Both the position numbers and the translations under genes were made by a program. 64,000 bases of DNA from an uncultured Bacteroidales bacterium (GTDB lineage Bacteria; Bacteroidota; Bacteroidia; Bacteroidales; FEN-979): contig CAWDBP010000007.1 in assembly GCA_963800585.1 (NCBI GenBank), positions 371,770-435,769 on the forward strand. The letters run 5' to 3'. This document shows positions 56,478 to 64,000 of the stretch, piece after piece. The notes beneath the pieces were generated by a model. It was given only the letters and a program-made list of their open reading frames with translations. It made no database searches and was not told where the DNA came from. Numbering within the stretch: the first letter of the stretch is position 1; each line of letters opens with the position of its first letter.

Positions 56478-58586
56478 CTATGTCTTTTCAACTTGTTTCT
56501 TTTTATCTTTTTTTATCGGGATTCTGATCCTGATCATTGTACCAACAAACCTTTCACTTTGGATCTCAATAGTCCCATGCATGTCGCTAATTATGCTAAA
56601 TGAAATAGAAAGACCGAGGCCCGTACCAACGCCTTCTTTTTTTGTCGTATAAAATGGCAACATGACTTTATCGATGTCATTTGGATCTATCCCTATACCG
56701 TTGTCCTTAACTTCCACACAAACAGATTGATCCACCCGGTGTGAAGATATTTCCAGTATCTTGTTAAAATCCTGTTTCAGAACATTCTGCTTTTCTTCAA
56801 TTGCATCTTTGGCATTGATAATGAGGTTTACCATGACCTGCTCAAATTTGTAAGTGTTTCCAATAGGACGTGGAAGATTTCCATCAAGGTTTATGACAAA
56901 GTGAATCCCTTTATGCTTAAATTGTTCAGATATCATGGATTTTGCATTCCGGATACTTTCATTAATATTGAACCTCGTTTGGATATATTCATCATGGTCT
57001 TTTGAAAATGCCCTAACATGGTCAATAATGTTTCGTATCCGCGTAATGTTATCGAAGATCTTCGAGGTTTTATTTTCAACGTATACTTTATCCTGAGAGT
57101 CGCCATTAAGATGGAGCATCAGGTTATCCATTGTGAGTGAAATAGTGTTCAGTGGTTGATTTATCTCATGCGCCATACCTGCGGCCATGACGCCAATTCC
57201 CGCCATTCTTTCTGTATGTATCAATTGTTTATCCATTCTTTTTCGTTCAGAAATATCACGGATGACTACAAGATATCCTTTAGTCTCCTTCAAGCCTTTT
57301 TTCAAAAGGCTGATGTTCACCTCACCGACGAAAGTGGTATTGTCATTTCTTATCAGGGTAAGCTCGATGGTATGGGTGATCCCTTTTTTAACTTTATCGG
57401 AAAAATATACCCTTTTTTGTTTACGAAGTTCAGCTGGAATAAGTTCCACAAACATTCTTCCAATGAATTCTTCCTGTGAAGGAGCTTTGAATATTTCAAG
57501 GATGATATTAGAAACTTCAGTAATTCTCCCCTGTGGGTTAATTATCATAATACCTTCCTTCGTTGCATCCAGCAAAATGCGATGGATCTCTTCTGATTCG
57601 ATCAGTTCCTCTTCAACACTTTTCCGATGAAAGGAACTTGAAAAAAGTTTTGAAAGGGTGATAAGAAGGTTGAATTCTTCGAGGGTCCAGCGCCCTGGAT
57701 TTTCAATGTTATCAAGTCCAAGGCATCCGATTACACCCTCATCGTCCATAATTGGAAGGATCATAAGTGACCGTATTCCGAAATTTTGAAGCAGCGATCT
57801 GTACTTCTCCAAATCATCCGGAAGATTATGTGTGTCAGGAATTAAAAGGTCCCGTTTTACCTCGAGTTCCTCGAAAAACCAATCATACAGGAAATGAACA
57901 TTGTCATTCTGTTCATACAATGCAGAATTTTCACCCTGGCAACTCCATTCATAAGTCGGGCCAATTTCTTTACTTGTCTTATTCTTAATCAATATAAAAA
58001 CGGTTCGGGCTTTGGAGTAATTACATATTTCTTTAATCGAATCGAGAATAGCCTGATCAAAATCAGCAATTCCGATAAGACGTGCGGAAATTGTTGAAAC
58101 AATTTTTTCGATCAGAAGCTTCCGCTGAAGATTGTTCTCCGCCACTTTGCGGTCAGTAATATCACGAACAATCGCGGTATAGAATTTTCCTTCTTTTGTT
58201 GAAAATCCTCCAAAAGAAATTTCCAAAGGAATAATTTTACCATACTTATGATACCCCTCTGCTTCTATTCTCTTCTTCTCTTTAATAACTGTACTATTCA
58301 GAATATTGTTGATAGTGTTCTTGGGATTTTGATCATCCTTTGAATTGATCAGGAAAGTTATAGGTTTACCAATGATCTCATGGGTTCTATACCCGAATAT
58401 AGTTTCAAATTCCGGGTTGAGATAGAAAATTTTTCCTTCTTCATCAATGCTGATAATTGCATCTGTAGCAGATTCTGCAAAAATCTGAAACCGCTTCTCG
58501 CTAAGATGTAACGCTTCTGAGGTGCGTTTCCTTTCCACGATTTGCCGTATCAGCAACAGGAAACGGTTCAAATCAAGGGGTTTCAT
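56478..58586 (-). CDS. PAS-GAF-PAS sensor histidine kinase (NtrB-like H-box)
   Basis: 702 aa with PAS modules ending VRDITDRK and IRDISERK and a central GAF-like region. The H-box is GMAHEINQPL. HATPase motifs are DNGIGI and GTGLGLSIS. Its first residues MKPLD complete the upstream receiver (see findings). Confidence 0.88.
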   Translation of the reverse strand: MKPLDLNRFLLLIRQIVERKRTSEALHLSEKRFQIFAESATDAIISIDEEGKIFYLNPEFETIFGYRTHEIIGKPITFLINSKDDQNPKNTINNILNSTVIKEKKRIEAEGYHKYGKIIPLEISFGGFSTKEGKFYTAIVRDITDRKVAENNLQRKLLIEKIVSTISARLIGIADFDQAILDSIKEICNYSKARTVFILIKNKTSKEIGPTYEWSCQGENSALYEQNDNVHFLYDWFFEELEVKRDLLIPDTHNLPDDLEKYRSLLQNFGIRSLMILPIMDDEGVIGCLGLDNIENPGRWTLEEFNLLITLSKLFSSSFHRKSVEEELIESEEIHRILLDATKEGIMIINPQGRITEVSNIILEIFKAPSQEEFIGRMFVELIPAELRKQKRVYFSDKVKKGITHTIELTLIRNDNTTFVGEVNISLLKKGLKETKGYLVVIRDISERKRMDKQLIHTERMAGIGVMAAGMAHEINQPLNTISLTMDNLMLHLNGDSQDKVYVENKTSKIFDNITRIRNIIDHVRAFSKDHDEYIQTRFNINESIRNAKSMISEQFKHKGIHFVINLDGNLPRPIGNTYKFEQVMVNLIINAKDAIEEKQNVLKQDFNKILEISSHRVDQSVCVEVKDNGIGIDPNDIDKVMLPFYTTKKEGVGTGLGLSISFSIISDMHGTIEIQSERFVGTMIRIRIPIKKDKKKQVEKT

Positions 58587-58897
58587 TTCAAATGAAACGA
58601 TCTTTTTTTCTTGACTGCCTCTATTGCAATTTCCATCGTTCCATATCCCGTGATGATGATGAACTCCATATCTGGGATCATGCCAGATAATTCTTCAACC
58701 AGTTCCAGTCCATTAGCATCCGGCAATTTTATATCGATAAGCGCGAGTCCAAATGATCTTTCATTGCAAATCCTGATAGCTGTTTCCCGATCCTGAGCGA
58801 TGGCCGTGCCAAATCCATTTTCTTTCAGGATGTCTTCCAGTGAAAGTGTTAATTCAACGCTATCATCAATGATGAGTATATCGAAATTTTCTTTCAT
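58583..58897 (-). CDS. Receiver domain ORF lacking the C-terminal Lys-Pro segment
   Basis: 104 aa with DD at residues 11-12, the phospho-acceptor context LALIDIKLPD, and IIITGYG. It ends EAVKKKRSFHLK* after an A7 run and overlaps the kinase start via ATGA. Confidence 0.8.
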   Translation of the reverse strand: MKENFDILIIDDSVELTLSLEDILKENGFGTAIAQDRETAIRICNERSFGLALIDIKLPDANGLELVEELSGMIPDMEFIIITGYGTMEIAIEAVKKKRSFHLK

Positions 58898-58908
58898 TCC
58901 GTAATTAG

Positions 58909-59670
58909 TTAATGCGGGTTCTCAAATATTTTTTCCCTTTTGAGGTTTTCGATCTGTTCCAATAATGAAAGCAGAGTATCAATATTTATTGGCTTCTCAA
59001 GAAGAGCATATGCGCCGGCTTTCCTTGTCATTTCGACCATTTTTTCAATCTCAGCCAGGAATCCTGTTATAATGACAACCACAATGCCCGGGCAAAGACG
59101 GCGGATTTCCAGGTACACCTCGAGTCCGTTCAACGGTGGAAGTTTCATGTCCAGAAGCATAATGTCAAAAGCAAATGTTCTCACTTTTTCAATCGCTGAT
59201 GTACTATCCAGGGCGATTGATACACGGTACCCTTTTTGGATGAGAATATCTTTAAGATTTTGGCATAAATTCTCATTGTTGTCAGCAACAAGTATCATTG
59301 ATCCATTAGGAATGGCTTGTTCAATAGTAATGAACAATTCATCGAAATCCAATGGTTTTTTCAGACAAGCAAATGCACCTTCTTGTAAGGATTCCTGTAT
59401 GAGTTCCTCCAGGGCATAGGCCGTTAGCATGATGACTGGTACTTCCGGATTAATAGATTTGATTTTTTTAAAGGTCTCTACACCATTCATGACAGGCATT
59501 TTGATGTCCATCAGAATGAGATCGACGGTAGATGTTTTAATTATTTCCAGGGCCTCGAATCCATCGTTAGCTATCCGCACTTTATATCCTTTTAATTCAA
59601 GGATATCACTGACATTTTGTGTAAATTCCTTATTGTCATCTGTTAAAAGAATGGTAGGTTTCTTTTTCAT
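58909..59670 (-). CDS. Stand-alone double receiver (REC-REC) protein
   Basis: 253 aa with two complete receivers: ILLTDDN...LILMDIKMPVMNG...MLTAY...KKPLD and ILVADNN...IMLLDMKLPPLNG...IITGF...EKPIN. There is no output domain. Confidence 0.88.
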   Translation of the reverse strand: MKKKPTILLTDDNKEFTQNVSDILELKGYKVRIANDGFEALEIIKTSTVDLILMDIKMPVMNGVETFKKIKSINPEVPVIMLTAYALEELIQESLQEGAFACLKKPLDFDELFITIEQAIPNGSMILVADNNENLCQNLKDILIQKGYRVSIALDSTSAIEKVRTFAFDIMLLDMKLPPLNGLEVYLEIRRLCPGIVVVIITGFLAEIEKMVEMTRKAGAYALLEKPINIDTLLSLLEQIENLKREKIFENPH

Positions 59671-61367
59671 ATTTTTTCTTCTGATGGTTCTTTTAATTCT
59701 TCCCTGACGAGCGGCATCCTGATGGTGAATTTAGCTCCCATTCCCGGTTCTGCCTGCACAAATATTTTTCCTCCATGGTTTTCAATGATCATTTTTGTAA
59801 TCGACAGGCCGAGACCAATTCCTTTTGCCTTGGTTGTGAATAATGGCAGGAATACCTGATTTAAATGATCAGGATCAATCCCGACTCCAGTGTCTGAAAA
59901 TGATATTTCGACTTCGGCATTTTCTGTTTTACGAATTATTATTGTCAAGGTTCCAATTCCATTCATGGCAGCCACGGCATTCTTCACCAAATTATCAATA
60001 GCCATCCTGAACTGTTCTTTCTCAGCTCTAATGTGAAACACTGTTTCCGGAAAATCTTTCACAATCTTTACTTTATCAGGTATAATACAAGTTTCAAGGC
60101 AGTTGGCAAGGAGGTCAGTTACATCGTAGCGTGTGAGTACAGGTTTGTTCATCCGGGTCAGGCTCAGAAGGTTATCGATGATGATGGTTGCACTTTTCAC
60201 ACTTAAGCTGATCCGTTCAAGATGTTGTTGAACCTTCTCATCTTTTTCGTTCAGACGCAGCTGAAGATAATAGATAGAACTATCAATAACTCCCAATGGA
60301 TTTCGAAGTTCGTGGGAGATATTTCCCGAAAATTGGCCGAGAATAGCAAGACGTTCCTTACGTATTAATTCCTCCTGTGCTGCTTTCAATTTTCTTGAGG
60401 TTTCGTTCATATCCTCAATCATATAAAGCATTGCAAGCTGACTTCTGTTCAATTCGTTTATTTTTTCCTCATGATCTCTGGTCCTCTCTGCCACTTTGAC
60501 CTCCAGATCATTTTTTATACGGTGGAGCTCCTCATTAGTTTTGTTCAGTTCAAGTGTACGTTCCTTTACTTTTTTCTCCAGGTCCTCATACATTCCTTCC
60601 AACTCACTGGCCATTGCATTGAAATTAGTAGCAACCTGCGTCAGCTCATCCTGACCTTTGATTTCGAGTAACTGTTTGAAATTTCCTTTTGCCATTTTGG
60701 TTGTTACATTGTTGATCGACTTTAATCGCCGGGTGATGGATAATGACAAATAAAAGGTAATAAGGAGGCTTATCATCATGCTCAATATGATTGTGATAAA
60801 CCCGATGAGTTTGGCATTGGTTGCTACCCTGACTGAATTTTCAGTAAAAGATATTGCCTTGTTTGTTGCATAATCTCCAAGCTGATCTAATTCAAACTGA
60901 AGAATACGGACATGTGAATCACCTTCGGTAAGGTTTACGGTTTTTGCTTGTTTATCTTTTCCATTTTTTGCAAGAGAGATTGTTTTTTCACGGATTGGTC
61001 TCCATTGATAAAAAGTGATCCTGGCTTTCAGGGCAAGTGCTTTTCCTTTGTTACCAAGAATTTGTCTCTGTATCAAAGAGAATAAACCCGACACCTGATT
61101 GTCTTTTTGTCTTATGTCTCTCATGAGATTGATCAATTCAGTCGAATCATGCGAATATGAAATTCCATACAAGTCACGCTGAATTGATAAAACCAGAACC
61201 TCTATATCCTGAGATGCACGGGATACAACCATAGGATGTGCAAGAGTTCGTCCCAGCGAATCAACCACGAGTTGTAGGTTATGTATTCCTTCCAGGTACA
61301 TCACGATGAATAGAAGAATAATGAAAAGAAATCCACTTAGTAACTTTTGTCGTATCCCGAATTTCAT
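59667..61367 (-). CDS. Membrane HAMP-domain sensor histidine kinase
   Basis: 566 aa with TM1, a ~170-aa extracytoplasmic helical region, TM2, HAMP and a coiled coil. The H-box is NISHELRNPL. HATPase motifs are DTGVGI and GIGLGLSI. Confidence 0.9.
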   Translation of the reverse strand: MKFGIRQKLLSGFLFIILLFIVMYLEGIHNLQLVVDSLGRTLAHPMVVSRASQDIEVLVLSIQRDLYGISYSHDSTELINLMRDIRQKDNQVSGLFSLIQRQILGNKGKALALKARITFYQWRPIREKTISLAKNGKDKQAKTVNLTEGDSHVRILQFELDQLGDYATNKAISFTENSVRVATNAKLIGFITIILSMMISLLITFYLSLSITRRLKSINNVTTKMAKGNFKQLLEIKGQDELTQVATNFNAMASELEGMYEDLEKKVKERTLELNKTNEELHRIKNDLEVKVAERTRDHEEKINELNRSQLAMLYMIEDMNETSRKLKAAQEELIRKERLAILGQFSGNISHELRNPLGVIDSSIYYLQLRLNEKDEKVQQHLERISLSVKSATIIIDNLLSLTRMNKPVLTRYDVTDLLANCLETCIIPDKVKIVKDFPETVFHIRAEKEQFRMAIDNLVKNAVAAMNGIGTLTIIIRKTENAEVEISFSDTGVGIDPDHLNQVFLPLFTTKAKGIGLGLSITKMIIENHGGKIFVQAEPGMGAKFTIRMPLVREELKEPSEEKI

Positions 61368-63502
61368 TTGTTCATCTTTTCAAGTTGTAATTCCAGTTCT
61401 TCAATTCGGGTTCGCATTTCTTTCATTCGCAATTCCCTGTCGATAGTTGCCTTATAAAACCGTTCCAGTTCCTTGACCCGTTCCTGTAATTCTTTTGTTT
61501 TTTGCTCAACCTTATGTTCCAGGATGACATTCATCTCCTTTACTTCATTTTCCATTTTCTTGCGTTCAGTAATATCCCTGACTATTCCCCAGAAACCATT
61601 GGCATTTCCTTCCTTATCTTTATGAAGGAATAACCGAACTTCGACCGGGAACCGGGTGCTATCCTTTCTGCAATATTCTATCTCAAAAACTTCAGAATAA
61701 CCCCGGCTCATCACCTGGGTTTCTATTATTCCGTCAACTTTCTCATACCATTCTTCCGGAACAATTCTTCTTATGGATTTCATGTTGTTAATATCATTCT
61801 GAGAATAACCTGTCATGGTAAGAAAGAAAGAGTTGTTCTCGATTATCCTTTTGTTCATATCCATAAGGACAAAACCATCCCGGATGCTTTCATAAAGTAA
61901 TCGATATTTGCGTTCAGATTCCCTTAATTCTTTTCCAGAAGCAACCGATTTCGTGATATCCACTGCCATCAGGATGATACCATGAATCTTATCTTCTTTA
62001 TTCAGCAATGGGGCAGTGTAGATTTCCAAGTCAAGTTCTTTCCCCAGGATTGATTTGTAATGAATTTCCCCGGCATTGATTCTTTCAGCACTAAGAAGAC
62101 GGGAGATCTCAATCTCGCTTAACACAGATTTGATCTGAGGTACTTCCTGGAAAAATTTTCCAACAACAAATGATTCTGTCTCTTCCGGAGTCCCCATCAT
62201 TAGTTTCATTGCAGGATTTTCATAGGTTATCAATCCTGTCTGATCCAGGAAAAGAATACCTACCGGGGCTGACTCCACCAACCCGTGGTTAAACATTTCT
62301 GAAATAATAAGCGATTCCTGGGTTTTCTTTTGATCGGTAATATCGAAATTGATACCAGTCAAACGAAGGGGAGTTCCTGCTGAGTTCCTTACAACCTGGG
62401 CATATGCTTTGATAAAATGAATGCTGGTGTCTTTATAGACAACCCTGTATTCGCTATTGTATTCTTTTTCACCGTTGAGCGCCTGATTGATTTCTTCCAT
62501 GCACCTGGCAACATCTTCCGGATGCAAAAGTTTAAGCCAGTCATCGAGATTACCTGCGAACGCTTCCTGTTCTATTCCATAAAGTTCAAACATTTTATCA
62601 TCCCATAAAAGCTTATTGGCTTTTATATCCCACTCCCACACTCCCATTTCACCGGAACGTGTAGCCAGGTTAAACCTGTCAATCAATTGTTCAAGTTCCA
62701 GTTCTGCATTTTTCCGTTCTGTGATATCACGTACCACAACCCACATTCCATCAGGGTTACCTTTTTCATCCCGAATCAGGGAAATCCGTATTTCAACAGG
62801 GAAAACAGTTCCGTCCTGTTTTCGGCATTCCTTTTCAAAAACGTCTGAATAGCCATTAGGAACAACCTGATTATTAATAATCCTTTTTTCATACTCATGC
62901 CAATGATGAGGGGTGATATCTAAATAATTTAAATTAAGCAATTCTTCATCCTTGTAACCCAGCATCGAGCGGAAGTAAGAATTAAATTCCCTGATGTTTC
63001 CATCCATATCTAAGCGTACGAATCCATCCATCAGGCTTTCATACAACCGACGATATTTTGTTCCCGTTGATCGAAGTTCTTCACTTGCACGTCTGCTGCC
63101 TGTAAGATCAAGGAATAGAGTTGCAAACCAATTTTCTTTTGGAATAAATACGGAGATCTCAAAATAACGGTCCAGCAGTTGAAAATAGGTCGTAAAAAAA
63201 TAGGGATCTCCTGTTTTTAAAACGTGCTCGTATATATCAATATATGGAGGAGGGGTCACTCCGTATAATACACTTGCAAGTGCACCTTTGGCTTTATCTG
63301 AAGGAATTCCCAGATTCTTTTCGAAGGAAGGATTAACATCCCGGATGATATAATCAACAGCTTTTCCTTTTTCATCATAAATCATCTGGTGAATAGCAAC
63401 ACCCTCCGTCATAGTGGCGAACAGGGAGTGGAAATTAAATTCATTTTCCATGATATCCTCTCCTTCAGATCCAGCATTCTTTGGATTGTTCCGTTCTGTC
63501 AT
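61364..63502 (-). CDS. Five-PAS soluble sensor protein with C-terminal coiled coil and no transmitter
   Basis: 712 aa with five PAS-like modules; modules 2 and 5 are internal paralogues, both ending VRDITERK. The C-terminus KELQERVKELERFYKATIDRELRMKEMRTRIEELELQLEKMNK is coiled coil. No HisKA/HATPase or other output motif is visible. Confidence 0.85.
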   Translation of the reverse strand: MTERNNPKNAGSEGEDIMENEFNFHSLFATMTEGVAIHQMIYDEKGKAVDYIIRDVNPSFEKNLGIPSDKAKGALASVLYGVTPPPYIDIYEHVLKTGDPYFFTTYFQLLDRYFEISVFIPKENWFATLFLDLTGSRRASEELRSTGTKYRRLYESLMDGFVRLDMDGNIREFNSYFRSMLGYKDEELLNLNYLDITPHHWHEYEKRIINNQVVPNGYSDVFEKECRKQDGTVFPVEIRISLIRDEKGNPDGMWVVVRDITERKNAELELEQLIDRFNLATRSGEMGVWEWDIKANKLLWDDKMFELYGIEQEAFAGNLDDWLKLLHPEDVARCMEEINQALNGEKEYNSEYRVVYKDTSIHFIKAYAQVVRNSAGTPLRLTGINFDITDQKKTQESLIISEMFNHGLVESAPVGILFLDQTGLITYENPAMKLMMGTPEETESFVVGKFFQEVPQIKSVLSEIEISRLLSAERINAGEIHYKSILGKELDLEIYTAPLLNKEDKIHGIILMAVDITKSVASGKELRESERKYRLLYESIRDGFVLMDMNKRIIENNSFFLTMTGYSQNDINNMKSIRRIVPEEWYEKVDGIIETQVMSRGYSEVFEIEYCRKDSTRFPVEVRLFLHKDKEGNANGFWGIVRDITERKKMENEVKEMNVILEHKVEQKTKELQERVKELERFYKATIDRELRMKEMRTRIEELELQLEKMNK

Positions 63503-63716
63503 TATCGGATGTTCATCTTGTTAATTTGTCCCTTCGATTTCTTGTCTTTCCTAACACAGTGCTTAATGAGTTATATTTTTTTCAAACACTTATCAGTTGC
63601 TTGCTACGTAAAACACAGGGAGAATCTCAAATAAATTGAAATTACCCTTCCTGAAAGTATAAAAATTTAAAAAATCCAATATTACAGACCGTTTTTTTAA
63701 AGATTATTTGATTATC

Positions 63717-63730
63717 TCTGATGCATCAGA
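63717..63730. promoter_or_regulatory. Perfect 14-bp palindrome upstream of the signalling operon
   Basis: TCTGATGCATCAGA lies 215 nt upstream of the ATG at 63502. It is a candidate operator or enhancer-binding site, but no supporting second copy occurs in the window. Confidence 0.3.
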
Positions 63731-63789
63731 AAAGGCGAAGAATTAAATTACTTATGTTTGTTTTTCTATCCCGAAAATAGTAAGTTAAA

Positions 63790-64000
63790 AGTAGAAGTTT
63801 ATATCCACAATTCAAATAGCGGGAATCCATATATTTTTATTACGGGAAACCGCTATACAACTCATGCCTATAAAAAGTAATCATATTGTTAATCAATGCG
63901 AAAGAAAAATAATATGGCGTGCATTTTGCACGCCACGATTTTTCATTCTACCCGGATTTCTCTTCATTCTCCTCTTTTTTTTATAAATTTACTTCTTCTT
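63790..64000 (-). repeat. ~190-bp intergenic element, copy B (inverted relative to copy A at 5100-5290; runs off the window end)
   Basis: The reverse complement carries GAAATCCGGG (63951-63960), hairpin TGGCGTGC/GCACGCCA (63915-63935), ATTGATTAACAAT (63885-63897), ATAGCGGTTTCCC (63844-63856) and ATGGATTCCCGC (63819-63830). Order and spacing match copy A. Confidence 0.6.

Noticed and set aside
5100-64000. The two inverted copies of the ~190-bp element as boundaries of a 58-kb mobile or invertible segment.
   Set aside because: The copies are diverged. The enclosed genes are core housekeeping (pheS, ruvB, fba, nrdJ, tRNAs). No integrase or intact transposase is present, and both copies sit in the same orientation relative to their adjacent gene, which fits a local cis-element better.

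Overview
This 64-kb chromosomal segment reads as a Bacteroidota genome. The evidence is two cargo proteins with type IX secretion (T9SS) C-terminal sorting domains, exact TAnnTTTG -7 promoter boxes 20-65 nt upstream of chosen start codons, and Bacteroidota-typical gene families. It holds about 55 protein-coding genes, mostly housekeeping: pgi, purN, acpP-fabF-rnc, ubiB, a PglC/PglE-like glycan trio, pheS, tdk, dusB, ansA, a TatD-family hydrolase, class II B12-dependent ribonucleotide reductase nrdJ, ispB, ubiX, queG, ruvB and fba. It also has tRNA-Ser(GGA) and tRNA-Arg(CCG). I found no rRNA, CRISPR array, prophage or recognisable defence system. The content most worth a second look is as follows. 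(1) A tightly overlapped minus-strand signalling operon (55049-63502) encodes a transmitter-less five-PAS protein, a HAMP kinase, a double-receiver protein, a receiver plus PAS/GAF kinase, and a sigma-54 activator. (2) One receiver in that operon is cut at its invariant Lys-Pro by a frame change inside an A7 run. (3) Several dispersed intergenic repeat families are present, including a ~190-bp element in two diverged inverted copies (5100-5290 and 63790-64000), 42-bp inverted repeats bracketing one GT-C/TPR gene, heptad-periodic spacers and a CCCCACCCCCTG hairpin element. (4) A ~134-nt nested-stem palindromic element lies at 54641-54774. (5) Five independent ORF disruptions occur (one in-frame TGA and four frameshifts, three of them at homopolymers), plus a transposase remnant and a possible YifB/ComM relic; these need read-level verification. 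(6) An Rh-type (not Amt-type) ammonium channel has paired TACGTA operators upstream. All function calls come from motif recognition by eye. No database search, folding or alignment program was run.
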